Assembly (NCBI GenBank): GCA_013265495.1
Contig: MU058844.1
Location: 4,455,535-4,519,534, forward strand
Length of the DNA stretch: 64,000 nt
From: Vicugna vicugna
Lineage: Eukaryota
Reading direction: 5' to 3'
Shown: positions 24,983-38,765 of the stretch, in pieces
Position numbering within the stretch: position 1 is the stretch's first letter
How the letters are laid out: each line of letters begins with the position of its first letter
The notes under the pieces: generated by a model
The model's input: only the letters and a program-made list of their open reading frames with translations
Database searches by the model: none
What the model was told of the DNA's origin: nothing
Program-made: the position numbers and the translations under genes

Positions 24983-26483
24983 GTAAGTAGATGCACACTT
25001 TTCAGTCATTTTATTAATACGTCTATTCTAGTTATGTTTAAGAGGTAATTACACTGGTAAAGGTGTAATGTCCTTACTTATTGATCTTAGTTTCTTTTTA
25101 TAAGAATAGAGTTGAATAATATAACTTCTCAAGGTTTACATTTTTCAGAGTCCAGGAATAGTGTTATAGAAAGAACTGAACTTGGAATCAAGACCGTATG
25201 AGATCCAGTGTTTCCACATACTAGTATTTTTTTGGATGGAAGCATTATAGCCATTTAATTTATTTAAACTTAAGTTAACTTATTAAGGGAGTAATACTAT
25301 ACCTTCTTATTTCATAAGGTTGCTATAAAAATAAGGAAAATTTCAGAGTTTGATTTAGTTTACATTTATTGGGTAGCTGCTATATACTGTGCTGGATATT
25401 GACTCATCTAATTAAACTTAATAACCCTGAAATAACTTGTCATTTTCATTTTACATGTGGAAACAGTTTATTCTCTTAGAATTCAAAATGTATATAAGGA
25501 GGAACTACTGTGTGCCAGGTAGATGCTGTGTACCAGCTCTCCTTTGTCACTGTGTTGTTTCATCAGAAAAGTATTGAGGATCCCTGAGTTGATCAGTCAA
25601 GCACAAATAATTAGTAAAAAGGGTTTATGGCAGTCATTCCCAGCCCTTTTCACTCTGAAGGTCTCCTTTTTTAATCCTTCCTCTTACCTCATGATCCTCA
25701 CCTTTTGAAATAAACTAATTTATAATTATTTATTTTGTTATATTTTACCTCGCCAAAACTTAGATCTAAGTGCAATGAGTTTCTAATCAATATGAGGAAA
25801 CCTGACTTATCTGTTACACTGGACTAAAATTATTCCAGCCCAAAGTAAAAATGCATTTTACTTTACCTATTTAATCTTATCACAGAAGTCATATAGGAAA
25901 TTTAGTAACTTACTATCATGTTCCCACCTTTTTTTGTAATTATAGTAAATGTATAATCTCTTCTTCACATTTCTGGTAACTTGTAAATTAAAATAAAGCA
26001 AATCAGAACATTAGTTGATCTAGGGAACCTGGGAATTTTAAATTTGTGTGATCTTAACTGTACAATTGTATCAAGTAAGCGTACTTAATACCCTATTCTT
26101 GCTATACCATATCATGGTAAGAAGGATCTCATGAAAAAAAGTGTGAGAGAGGAGTACTTTGGCCATATACATTGGAAAATGCTGTAAATGTAGAGATGGA
26201 GATAGTTTTTTACTTTAGACCTTCTCAGAGCATTTAATGTATGAATCTTCAAGGGGAAAGAATGTTAGGAATGGAGGGTTTTTTTTTTGTAGAACACTTG
26301 TCAACTTCTCATGGAAGTTTCATGAAACAGTTCAGGAAATTTTGCTTTAGGATTTCATTTCATACCAAGAAGAGATGCTGCAAACTAATGGTTTTTCCAA
26401 GGGTCTAGAAATTTTGAAATTCTGATATTTATTTACGTAGAAAATGTACCTGATCATATCTGAAGTATTTTACCACTTCCTAG

Positions 26484-26595
26484 ATTGAAAGAGATTTCTG
26501 ATATCGCCAAAAGGCAAGTTGAAATTTTGAATGCACAGCAACAGTCCAGGGAAAAGGAAGTAGAGTCCATCAGAATGCAGCTGTTAGACTATCAG
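26484..26595 (+). CDS. CEP290: CEP290 exon 30 (112 nt)
   Basis: tcctag|ATTGAA ... TATCAG|gtatgt; LKEISDIAKRQVEILNAQQQSREKE. Confidence 0.95.
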
Positions 26596-27221
26596 GTATG
26601 TGTGATATTGGCTCTTCTAGGTGGATTCTTTTCTTTTTTCCCAAATGTATGTTGGAGATTGGGATGGTTTTGTAGTTTTAATCAGAGGGGATATCAAATA
26701 GTGGCTCCTGTTCTTGTTCATTGTAACTCGAGCAGAAAACCTCTTTAATTGGAAATTCCATTTATAACATAGAAAAGCATTTAAATACCTACAGATGCAT
26801 CGTGCTGGCTGCTGATCAAAGCTCAGACAGTGAGGAGAAATATAAGTCTTCCATAACAATATTTTCTCTTGTATTTCTATGTAGTTTCTCACATATTCTC
26901 ACATAAAATTTTTTAGGATAAAAAACCCACATTGTCCACATTAGTACTGTATTAGTGTTGCTATTTACATATGAAAGTTAACAAGTAATAATATTCCACT
27001 GTTACTCGATTAGATGCCAGATACAGATTTTAAATGAATTTGATTCTAGGTCTTTTTCTTCACTTCTTTGGTGATTTGTGTTAAAGCAAGGTTAAATGTT
27101 TGTAGAATTTCATGTAGCACTCTGTTTTAAATTTTATTTAGTAAGTTGTGATTTGAAATCCATGATATGTTTCATTGGGAAAACTTGAAACTTACTATAA
27201 ACATGTATTTTTTTATATCAG

Positions 27222-27677
27222 GCACAGTCTGATGAAAAGGCACTAATTGCCAAGCTGCACCAACACATTGTCTCTCTTCAAGTTAGTGAGGCTACTGCTC
27301 TTGGTAAGTTGGAGTCGGCTTCATCTAAGCTGCAGAAGGTTGAGGCCCATAATTTGCGCTTAGAGCAGAAACTTGATGAAAAAGAACAAGCTCTCTATTA
27401 TGCCCGTTTGGAGGGGAGAAACAGAGCAAAACACCTGCGCCAGACAATTCAGTCTCTACGGCGACAGTTCAGTGGGGCTTTACCCTTGGCGCAGCAGGAA
27501 AAGTTCTCTAAAACAATGATTCAGCTACAAAATGACAAACTTAAGATAATGCAAGAAATGCAGAATTCTCAACAAGAATATAGAAATATGAAGAACAAAA
27601 CACTGGAGCTGGAATTAAAGTTAAAGGGACTGGAAGAGTTAATAAGCACTTTGAAGGATGCCAGGGGAGCCCAAAAG
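27222..27677 (+). CDS. CEP290: CEP290 exon 31 (456 nt)
   Basis: tatcag|GCACAG ... CAAAAG|gtaaac; AQSDEKALIAKLHQH...RRQFSGALPLAQQEKFSK...GAQK. Confidence 0.97.
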
Positions 27678-28457
27678 GTAAACCATTGATTTTAAGTTCA
27701 GTATTGTCAAAAGAGTTTCATGATAATTTTAAGCTAGTGTGTGCCTATATGAAAAATGCTTAATATATGACCAAAATTCCCATTATTAAATTAGATTTTA
27801 TAAATTAGCAGTTTGGGCTATTTGAATGTCTATTTGTAAACAAAATGAGACTCTTAAGCAATGGTTTCAGAAGAAATGCTTAGATTGTATAATATCAAAG
27901 AATTTTAAACACTACAGAAAAGTTTATATATTAAATACTAATTATAATTATTATTAAATATTGTAGTAGTTGAATTCTACTCTTGGAAATTATTCTTTTA
28001 AAAATTATTTACAAGTAGAAGGCCTACTTTTTTAAGTATAATTTATTTTTATCCTCATTTGGAAGAAGTTAAATGAAAAATAATTATTTTGGAAGTAAAT
28101 TTATTTTTCTCTAGGCTAAAAATATTTAGGACTTTTATTTTTGAAAGTAAAACTATTGTTGCAATTACATACATACACTAAAGACTCAATAAATATATGA
28201 AAGTAAATGAATAAATGAAAGTGAATATTAGTAATATCCATTCCAACATAATTTGAAAATATTTTATGTTAGGATTCCATGTAATAGAAAAGTCTAAGAA
28301 AACTCTAAGTAGACTTTTCCTTGTGGCTCCATCAAGGATAATTTTATATCTTATTTTATTATAAAATCTTTGTTAATTTGAATTGAAATCATTTCAGTGG
28401 GAAAATACATTATTTGTATGGAATTTACATTTGTATGTATAATTTATAAATCTTTAG

Positions 28458-28622
28458 GTAATCAGTTGGCATACGAAAATAGAAGAACTCCGTCTTCAAG
28501 AGCTTAAACTCAATCGAGAATTAGTCAAAGATAAAGAAGAAATAAAATACTTGAATAATATGATTTCTGAATATGAGCATACAATCAGTAGTCTGGAAGA
28601 AGAAATTGTGCAGCAGAATAAG
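28458..28622 (+). CDS. CEP290: CEP290 exon 32 (165 nt)
   Basis: ctttag|GTAATC ... AATAAG|gtttta; VISWHTKIEELRLQELKLNRELVKDKEEIKYLN. Confidence 0.93.
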
Positions 28623-29394
28623 GTTTTATTTTATATTTATTTTGGTGTTTTGTTGCTAAGATATTAAACATAACATTACATAGATGACCACATTATTTTC
28701 CTAATTGAATGTGGCTCTTGTTCTTGTTATAAAATATTGTTTCTTGTTTTTTAAACTATTCTAAAAATACATGTTCATTTATTTAGTTGCAATTGTAATC
28801 TTAAAAGGAATAATTAATAAGCAAACCTATTTGGTAAGTTAATTTTTATTTCAGTTATTAGTTACTTGACTTTTCAGCCACATGTTTCTACTGGCTCTCA
28901 CTGATGGAGCAGGAGAAGGCAGCTTGGTGTAGAATAAAGCACATACGCTTTGGGGCAGATGAAATTCACTGAACACATACTTGCCTCAGAAGTTTTGTTA
29001 TTCCTTCCACTTAGATTATTTTTACCCCAGATACCTGTATGGTTTATCCTTTCACTGCCTTCTGGCCTTAGCTCAAATGTCTAACCTTCTCAGGGAAACC
29101 TTAACTAGCCACCCAATATACAACAGTAATTCTTACCATCAAGATTCCCTAAATAGGGATTACCTAGTTTCATTTTTCTCCATAGCACTCATCACCCTCT
29201 GACATATTACATACTTACTTGTTTATAAACTGTCTCCCCCTCACTAGTATGTAAGTTCCATGGAGAAGAAACTGGTTTTATTCACTGCTGTGTTCTCATT
29301 ATTTAGAATAGTGCTTGCCCCATAGAATGTGCCATTAAGTATGTTTTAGATGGATGGATGGATGAGTGGATGGGTGCATGGGTGGATGGAAATC

Positions 29395-29550
29395 CTGACT
29401 CCACATCTGCTTATCTCTGTGATCTTAGGCAGGTTACTTCACCTCTGAATTGGCTTCCTTTTTCCATAAAATGAGAATAATAATAGTGACCTCACAGGGT
29501 TGTTGTGAGGATTAAATAAGGAAAATTACGTAAAAATTCCTGTAAATGCC
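29395..29550 (+). mobile_element. MIR SINE fragment
   Basis: tgtgatcttaggcaggttacttcacctctga...aaaatgagaataataatagt..cctcacagggttgttgtgaggattaaat (MIR core). Confidence 0.75.
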
Positions 29551-29597
29551 TGGTGAGTGACTCTGGGTGTGCCTGACCAAAACTATCTTTTTTTCAG

Positions 29598-29705
29598 TTT
29601 CATGAAGAAAGACAAATGGCCTGGGATCAAAGAGAAGTTGAGCTGGAACGTCAGCTGGACATTTTTGACCGTCAGCAAAATGAAATACTAAATGCAGCAC
29701 AAAAG
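29598..29705 (+). CDS. CEP290: CEP290 exon 33 (108 nt)
   Basis: tttcag|TTTCAT ... CAAAAG|gtatga; FHEERQMAWDQREVELERQLDIFD. Confidence 0.95.
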
Positions 29706-29924
29706 GTATGAATAATTAATCCTTTTTGCTACTCTGTAGCTTGGCCCATAATGTTAACCAATAGAAATGTTTTCTAAAATCAGATGGAATTTTAGTTCAT
29801 AGTATCTTTTTATGTTTCAAATGTAGGTGGGTTTTAACCGTGTCTTGTCATATAGTTGTGAAAATTAGTATTGTTCTTCTCAATGCCACAACTGCTTTTT
29901 AAAAAACATTCTATTTCTCAATAG

Positions 29925-30059
29925 TTTGAAAAGGCCACAGGATCAATGCCAGACCCTAGTTTGCCCCTTCCAAATCAACTTGAGATTGCTTTAAGGAAAA
30001 TCAAGGAGAATGTTCGGATAATCCTGGAAACACAGGCAACTTGCAAATCACTAGAGGAG
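29925..30059 (+). CDS. CEP290: CEP290 exon 34 (135 nt)
   Basis: caatag|TTTGAA ... GAGGAG|gtaatt; FEKATGSMPDPSLPLPNQLEIALRKIKE. Confidence 0.95.
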
Positions 30060-31262
30060 GTAATTAGAAGAATTTGCATTTTGATTAGTGCATTGTGTAT
30101 GCTTGTGGAATTTTCTAAGTAATTATTTTTAAATGAGGACGAAGCATGGAATGATGAATATGTTGCTAATTCTGCTCTCCTTTTCTACTCTCCTGTAATG
30201 TTTCTAGTAGCCAATAAAGAACAGCAGATATGGCTAATTTGAAATTTCTTTCCTCTTAATCTTTACTTGTCACTGTTGACCATATTCATCAGTAGTAGCA
30301 AGCCTGAAAGGAAACAAAAAGAACTTTTGACAGTAGCTTTATGAATAGTGTATTTCCTTCCCCTCCATGATCAAGAATTGTTTTCATCCTTGTTTATTTT
30401 TGTTTTATTTTGAACTGCATGTTATGTACTCTGCATCAATTTTCAGTGCATTCATTTTTGTGGATGTTTGAAGTGTTTGAAGGTAAACTAGAAATTATTT
30501 CTTAGTTTAATCTAAGTCTTAGATTTAATAGGTGATCAAATCTCTTCTTTATTAAATTATAGAGAAAATGATATAAAGTGGATATGTTTCATTTTAGTTG
30601 ACATCTAACATATTAGCTGTAAATACATTTAAAATTTATAAGGAACATTGTACATTTTTAATTAATTGAGGAAATTTAGATTGTCTTTTGTAGTAGTAAG
30701 ATTTGTCATTTACGTGAATTGCCACTGAGTTACTTGATTTAAAATATCTGCCTTAATTCTGTTGAGCAGTAAATACTTTTTTTCTGTTTTGTTTTAATAA
30801 GCTGCAGATTTTATGATAGTGGTCCATTGACTCAGGCCTCTAAAATTCCAATTTGTGTAATTAGTTGACTTTTATAGGTTACTCTTCTAGTACTCTGATT
30901 GTCAGTGGACCAAAATAAAAGGAATAATTTGTTACATTTTCTTTCTAAATCTAGCACCACTATTTGTACTTCTAAAACTACAGTATTTAAGTACTATGTT
31001 TAAATTTCAGTTTCATCATAACAATGAAGTTTCTAATCCATGGTAATCTTATAAATAAATAAAATATGCATATAGATAAATGTGCTGTCTCATAGAAATA
31101 CAGCTAAAATAACCTTATTAAGTATTATTTGGCTATTCCAAGTTTGATGTGAAAAATAAAGTTAAATTCCTTTTCTTATAATGAGTCTGACTAAAATTCA
31201 GATTGAAGCATTTTTAAAACAAAAATATACTGCAATAATTTTTTATAATTTGATCATTGCAG

Positions 31263-31529
31263 AAGCTAAAAGAAAAAGAATCTGCTTTACGGTTAGCAGA
31301 GGAAAATATTCTGTCAAGAGACAAAGTAATCAATGAACTGAGGCTTCGATTGCCTGCCACTGCAGAACGAGAAAAGCTTATAGCTGAGCTAGGCAGAAAA
31401 GAGATAGAACCAAAGTCTCATCATACATTGAAACTTGCCCATCAGACCATTGCAAACATGCAAGCGAGGTTGAATCAAAAGGAAGAAGTGTTAAAGAAGT
31501 ATCAACATCTTCTAGAAAAAGCCAGAGAG
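31263..31529 (+). CDS. CEP290: CEP290 exon 35 (267 nt)
   Basis: ttgcag|AAGCTA ... AGAGAG|gtattt; KLKEKESALRLAEENILSRDKVINELRLRLP. Confidence 0.96.
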
Positions 31530-32133
31530 GTATTTTATTATATTATGTTATGCTGTTTTATTTGTTACGATTTTTTTTAGACAAATGCCAAATACTATTT
31601 TGCCCTAAAGTGGTAGTTCATTTCCTGCTTTCAAATGATTCTGTTTAGTATTATAACTTTCATGTGACTGGATTACAGATCTGTCAGTAAAACTGGCAGT
31701 TTGTGTTACAACTAAACCAGTAATAGCTTTCATGGTGAAACTATGATTTTGAAAAATATCACTAGAGTTAATAGGTAAAGATTGAGGCAGTAGATTAGAA
31801 TGAAATTTGTTACACTGGTATCAGTGGAAGTCAGATGGCTAGGACTTTGAGGGAAAAAAATCTAACATTTAAAATTTTTCTAGAGACAAGTTAAAAGGTG
31901 ATGGATACGTAGTATTCTAATATTAAGAATAAATTATGCTCGGAAGGTGGACTTGTCAACTTGAACATGTGCCACAGGAAATGTGTACTGGTGTAAATAT
32001 GTACCGGCAGATATCATTCCTTCCCTATCTCATAAGGATTTTAGAAGATTAACGATAAAATATTTAAGATCTTTAGAATGTGAATTTATTTGTATCATAA
32101 TATAAGATATAGTTTTGATTTGTTGTAAAACAG

Positions 32134-32241
32134 GAGCAAAGAGAAATTGTGAAGAAACATGAAGAAGAACTTCACATTCTTCATCATAAATTAGAACTAC
32201 AGGCTGATAATTCACTCAGCAAATTCAAAGAAACAGCTTGG
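32134..32241 (+). CDS. CEP290: CEP290 exon 36 (108 nt)
   Basis: aaacag|GAGCAA ... GCTTGG|gtaaga; EQREIVKKHEEELHILHHKLELQADNSL. Confidence 0.95.
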
Positions 32242-32879
32242 GTAAGATTTTAGGAACTTTGAAATAAACTTTACTGGTTTTTGAGACCACGTAATTGAAA
32301 ATTTAGCTCTTCTTTTCAGGGGCTAGAAGCCACCTTACCTTTTGTTGCCAGAATAATCTTCCAAAAACACAGCTCTGATCATTTTTCTCCCTGGACCCAA
32401 ATTTGTTAGTAGCACGCTGCTGACTGCAAAGTCATACTTCTTAGCCATCTACTCAGAGCTTTCCATGATCTGACTTCGGTCTTACCTTTCAGATCTGCTC
32501 GTTGTAAGTTTACCTGTGTCTTAACTATTTCCATGTTCTGAATTCAGTTCATACTTGCCTCTTTTGATCACTGTGTCCTGTGTGTGTGAAATGACCTGTC
32601 TTTCATCTCCTAACATGCAAACCTTAGCTTCTTCAAGCCTTAACTCAAATTCAGTCAACATTTATTGATCCTCCACTATGTGTAGGCACTTTGCTAGATG
32701 CTGCAAATACAAAGAATAACATCTCTATTCCCTGTCTTCTTTAGGCCTTCACTGCTTATTAAATCATTAAATTTCACATTTGATACTATATTTTGATTGT
32801 TTAAGGAACCAAGTTAAAATGATAGAGTAAGTATGGCGTTGGGTTGTATATGCTCATGGCTAATTATCATATTTCATAG

Positions 32880-33079
32880 GATTTAATAAAACAGCCTCCT
32901 ATGCCAGTTCCTACCAACAAGCATTTTGTTCGTTTGGCTGAGATGGAACAGACAGTAGCAGAACAAGATGACTCTCTCTCCTCACTTGTGATCAAACTAA
33001 AAAATGTATCTCAAGATTTAGAGAGACAAAAAGAAATCACTGAATTAAAAATCAAAGAATTTGAAAATATCAAATTACG
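32880..33079 (+). CDS. CEP290: CEP290 exon 37 (200 nt)
   Basis: tcatag|GATTTA ... TTACG|gtaagt; DLIKQPPMPVPTNKHFVRLAEMEQTVAEQD. Confidence 0.95.
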
Positions 33080-34661
33080 GTAAGTCTTAGAAATGTATTA
33101 TAAAAAACAGGCAAATGGTAACAATGATATAATAAAGACAAATGCAAGCATTTGCTGTGTCATGCACTGTTATAAAAACATTGAATGTATTAGCTCATTT
33201 TATACTTGGTAACACTTATGACATGGGATATTACTCACTCCATTTTTCAGATAGGAAACTAGGCTACAGGAAGCCTCAGTAATATGCCTAGGAGAATATG
33301 GTAACACCACCACTTAAATTTAGTCAGTCTGACTCAAAAGTCAACCCAGATTCTTGTTCAGAATCTCACTTTTAATCTCTTTAAATTTCTGTTTCATTAT
33401 CTATAAAACAGAAATGACAGTACTTACCTTGGCTTTTTCAAGGTGGTTATATGAAGGCCAAATGATGCTGCATATGAAAGTAATTTGAAAACTGTAAAGT
33501 AACATTTAAATATTAAACTTGTTTACACACCTCTAACAGTTTCTAGCACACATTAAAGGCTCAATAAATATTTGCAGAATGAAAAATTAACTTTTTAAAA
33601 TTAACTATAGTTACAGTGGAAGTTCACGTCATTCTCTGTATTAGAGATTTAAACATTGATCAACCATTTATCAGCATATATATTATAAACCTAAAGTAGG
33701 TTTATATTTAGGCATTTTGTAATCACTGTAGAAGTATGTCTCTGGGCCTCAATTTATTATCTGAAAAAAAATGGGAAAGTTAACTGCTTGACTTATATTT
33801 CCATTCCATCTCTGCAGCCCTTATTAGAACCTTTGATTCTTCACTCACTTAACCAAGGTGCCTCTGACAAAGTTATCACTATTTTTGCTTTATTAAGAAA
33901 CTGCCACTTTTAGTAAATTATTCCCTAAAAAAAAGATAATTAGCAATAGCATATGGTATACTTTCAGTCTAATTTTTCCCATTCTGTTAAATTTTATACA
34001 TGCATTGCTGTTTTTGGTATAGTAAGTTGCTGTCATATTCTAGAATATAAAATTTCATGTGTTTCTGAATCTAATTCACAGATGTAGAAAATAATATTTT
34101 GGTATTACCTTGTATATATAATTTTTTTGCCACATGAAACACTTGAAGTTGTTGTTTTGTACCTTAATGTCATTTTAACCTAAAATTATATTTTTATTCT
34201 TTGTCTGCACATTGGTATGCATATTTTAATGTGTCTTAGGAAATTATAGTTCTGTGTGATTTCTTTACTGAAACGTTGTGTTTTTACAGTTTGATGATTA
34301 TTTAAAATGACTTAAGTTTTTGCTATAAGCAACAAGTTTCAGACTGTTTAATACCTGTTCATGGTTTAATAGCCCTTCCTCTCATTGGTCAAACTTTAAT
34401 AATTTGAATCTCTATATTGACAACCTTATTAATACAGTGTTTATATACACCCAGTGAACTGGATATTATTCAGTTTATAAGACTAATACTGAATGAACAG
34501 TAGGATTCATTCAATTAACTAAGACCATTGATAGTATCTACTTTCATATGATATACAGTTATAGATACAATACTAATGACTTTAGAACTGTAAACAAATT
34601 GTTAATATATGTGATTTCTGTGATAGTTTATATTTTGTCTTTGTAACATGCCATTATAGGT

Positions 34662-34883
34662 CAATGGGTCTCAAGCAGATATAATTTTGCTCTCCTCCTC
34701 CCCCTGGAACATTGGTAATGTCTGTAGACATTTTAGATAGATAGCTAGAGAGAATATAGGCATCTAGTGGGTAGAAGCAGGGGATACTGCTAAAAGTTTA
34801 AAAATGCACAGGATAGTATCTCCCACCTCCCAACAAAGAATTATCCAGTCTGAAATGTCAATAGTGCCATGATTGAGAAACTG
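34662..34883. mobile_element. MER20 (hAT-Charlie MITE)
   Basis: TIR-like caatgggtctcaa.../...ttgagaaactg; internal ggcatctagtgggtaga and aacaaagaattatccag match MER20 as recalled. Confidence 0.85.
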
Positions 34884-35201
34884 TTATAAAGGAAGCAGTC
34901 ACATCTTGTAGGAATCATAACATTTAAAGAGCTGTTTTGTTCCTTCTCTATTATTTTGTCTAGAGCCACAAAATTACTTGATGCAATTGTTGCCAAAAAT
35001 AGTAGATAGAAACTAGAAGAAAAAAGTCTCATGTTATGTTTAAGAGTAGTTAAATGGAATAAACAATTGTTCTTCTGGATTTGGATCAAGACTTAGATTG
35101 TAAGGATACCTAGGACCAAGCATTTGTTCATTGTAAAATTTATATCGATCAAATTAATTGCAGCAACCACTCTATTAAGAATATGTTTTGCTTTATATTA
35201 G

Positions 35202-35415
35202 GCTCCAAGAAAACCATGCAGATGAAGTGAAAAAAGTAAAAGCAGAAGTAGAGGATTTAAGGTGTCTTCTGGCCCAGTCACAAAAGGAATCACAGAATTT
35301 AAAATCTGAACTTCAGGCTCAAAAAGAAGCAAATTCAAGAGCTCCAACAACTACAATGAGGAATCTAGTAGAAAGGCTAAAGAGCCAGTTGGCCTTGAAA
35401 GAGAAACAACAAAAA
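35202..35415 (+). CDS. CEP290: CEP290 exon 38 (214 nt)
   Basis: tattag|GCTCCA ... CAAAAA|gtaagt; LQENHADEVKK...NSRAPTTTMRNLVERLKSQLALKEKQQK. Confidence 0.96.
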
Positions 35416-36370
35416 GTAAGTAACAATAGAAAATTATCACCCCTTAGGAAAAACATGTGGTAGGCTGCTTTTAGAGCAGATTTGTAAAAGATGATAGCAT
35501 GTATCTCTCCTTTATAATAAAAAGCATGAGCCTTATCTTAATCTGTTAAGCAGGATCTTTCAAGATAATTCTTTTAAACAGCCTTGAAGATGTGTCTTGT
35601 TTATAAGGGCAGATATAGTTCAGTTTATATTTTAATGTTATCAACCTATTTCTTGGTTAACTGTAGGAAATAAAGGGAAATCTTCATTACATTATTTTCT
35701 CTCCTTTTCTTTTAGGATTATATATTACTGAGGCTATTTTGAACAATTTGAGTAATTGAAAAATTTTGAACAATTTTGGAGATTAAGAGGGAGATAGGAT
35801 GGTGAAGAGGAAAGATTTAAAAAGGAGATTACAGAGTGCTGTGAAAAGGAGTTGGCCAGTGGATTAACTGATTTATTGGTTTTTTTCGTTTACCTTGGAT
35901 TTTATGTACTTATTTTAGAAGGTGCTGCTATTTTTCTTTGCTAGCTCATGAAATTTATTGGCAAATTTTAAGTCCTTTCTAACCTTGTAATTTTCCTTGT
36001 CTACTTGAATTCAATTAATTTCACATGAAAGTGTGTACTACATGAGTAATTTAAATAAATATTTCAACTTGGAAATTTGAAAATAAAACTTGCCTGGGCT
36101 TTGTAATACAAATTACTTGATATAACACTATTCTCACAATTATTATTATGAAGATGTTGATTTCTCACACTCAGTTTGGAAAGAATTGAGCTTAGTTGCT
36201 AAAGGAAGTTCATTTGAAAAAGTTGGGTTGTTTGTGAATTATGTTTGATTAAACACATGATATTTTAGGAAAATAGTTGAAAGTAATGAAGCTTATGTAT
36301 ATTTTTATTACATATTGCTCATATAAAATACCAATTTTTCAAAAAGATGTATGTACATTGTAATTTTTAG

Positions 36371-36508
36371 GCACTTAGTCGAGCACTTCTGGAACTTCGG
36401 GCAGAAATGACAGCAGCAGCTGAAGAACGTATTATTTCTGCAACGTCTCAGAAAGAGGCAAATCTCAATGTTCAACAAATTGTTGATCGACATACTAAAG
36501 AGCTAAAG
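36371..36508 (+). CDS. CEP290: CEP290 exon 39 (138 nt)
   Basis: ttttag|GCACTT ... CTAAAG|gtgaac; ALSRALLELRAEMTAAAEERII. Confidence 0.96.
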
Positions 36509-38055
36509 GTGAACATATGCATTAATGTAACAGAATTCCTGTTAATTCCCTTTGGAAGAGAATCCACTTGGATATATATAGTAATTTTGATGATGAATAG
36601 GGAATTTATTGTAATGAATTATTGATGGTAGCTGTACATGGGTGCATACATTTTTGAACACTGAGTATCTTTATTGTATTCATTGAATATCATCCTAGGG
36701 ATTAGCAAAGGATATAAGCCACTCTTCTTAACAGAATTAAACATAAGAAACATTTTTCTTAGGATTTTTAATTCAGTATTGATAAATATAGATTTTTTGG
36801 TTTTGTTTTATTTCTTTTGCCCTATCAGAATTTTCTATGTGGTTTTTGCTAAGTTCATAATATGAATTAGTTAGTTTTCGCTTTTTACCCCCTGAAATAC
36901 TTTATGGAAATCATATAGTCCTTGACATTTAATCTACAGAGTTGCCTAACTCTGAAGCCTTTATTTTTGAAGTTATTTATTATTTTTTGGCAATGTATTT
37001 TATTATTTTCTTACCCAATTGTTAGGCTTGTTGCTATAATATAAAAATTTTTTCCAAACTATGTATTTTTAATGGAAATTTTCACATTTCTTTACATAAA
37101 GTTTCATATAGTATATGAACAAATGAATCTATGTTTTGTTTATAATTTCTATTTATTTTTGATTTATTTATACATACCATTCACCACCATTAAACTGTGT
37201 AAGAAGTGCATTTTACAGTTTTTTTAAATCTCCGATTGCACCTATCAAGATTATGAGCATGATTGACAGTAAAAATGCATTAAGTAATATATAAAAAGGA
37301 GTAGCCCTTTGATGATGTCTTCTTCGATACCTTTCTCTTTGCCTGAAAGTTCCTCTCTGAATTCTTCACATTCTTCAAGTCCTTTTTCTTGAAGCCTTTT
37401 CTGACTCCTCTAGGAGAGTTTATTTTTCTTATACAACTGCATTATAATACTGATTCCCTATTAATGCTATTAGTAATACTTTATGGCCTGTAATAATTTA
37501 TTCAAAAATGTGTATTAAGTACTGGTATTCCCATCAATGTTGCCATCTAGGGACAGCTGGAACTCCTTTCTAGTGCCTTACAGATACTGTTTAGTATTGT
37601 GAGCTACCCTTTTATGTCTTGTCTTCACAAAGTAGATTAGAAATTACTTGAAGTCAGAGATTTTGTTTTATACTATTCATCTGCTTCACAATATTTAAAT
37701 GTTTGCTGTGTACATTGATACGTATTTGTTTTCCTAATAAGTTAATTCAGCTATAATGAAACATTTGCTTATTTGATAAAATTTTGGTTCTAGGTGTTTG
37801 TTGAAGATGAATTGCTTTAGACTGTTTCTTCTTGTTTTGTTTTTTTTTTCCCTCATAGTAGACTTGGTTCGTTTGACATGAAGGTAGAAAAATATATGTA
37901 GTTTGTGGTTGTTTTTTTGGGTGCGTGTACTTAAAAATTTAGATTGAAACTTTCTTTTTAGTAAATATTAATGGTGTACTTTCTGTATTAAATTGCTTTT
38001 ATCATTGGTACTTGGTGAAGAGTCATGAATTAAACCTTTTTTATCTTTGTACTAG

Positions 38056-38277
38056 TCACAAATTGAAGATTTAAGTGAAAATATTTTAAAACTGAAAGAA
38101 ACTCTTAAAGCAAGTAAAACCAGAGAAAACTCACTAACTGATAATTTGAATGACTTAACCAATGAACTAGAAAAACAACAAAAAGCCTATAATAAAATGC
38201 TCAGAGAGAAAGATAGAACTGATCAAGAGAATGATGAACTGAAAAGGCAAATTAAAAGACTAACCAGTGGATTACAG
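38056..38277 (+). CDS. CEP290: CEP290 exon 40 (222 nt)
   Basis: tactag|TCACAA ... TTACAG|gtaatt; SQIEDLSENILKLKETLK...RLTSGLQ. Confidence 0.95.
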
Positions 38278-38642
38278 GTAATTTTATATTTAATTGTGAT
38301 AATGTGATATAATTGTGATAATTGATTTATAATGCACAGGTAGCAGTTTATTCTGATTTTTAAATTTTATCTGTAATATTTGCTGAAACTAGCTTTCAGA
38401 TCACTTTGATTAATGTAGCTGCTAATTCCTTCAGTGACTTCTATTGTATTTGTAGTTTTAGGGTAGCATGTCTTATTAAAATACAGAAGCAGCCACCATG
38501 ATATATTTAAATACCAATAATGTCATTTAGAAAGTATGGTTAGCTACAGTATTAGAAAAGTTTCTACAATTGGAATATTTATTGTGTATTTTGTTTGATA
38601 CTTTTTTACTTGTAAAATGTAAAAATACATCTTATTTTTCAG

Positions 38643-38765
38643 GGCAAACCTCTGATAGATAATAAACAAAGTTTAATTGAAGAACTCCAAAAGAAAATTA
38701 AAAAGCTAGAAAGCCAGCTGGAAAAAAAGGTGGATGAGGTAGAAGTAAAATCTGTGAAAGAAAAG
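38643..38765 (+). CDS. CEP290: CEP290 exon 41 (123 nt)
   Basis: tttcag|GGCAAA ... GAAAAG|gtacgt; GKPLIDNKQSLIEELQKKIKKLESQLE. Confidence 0.95.
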
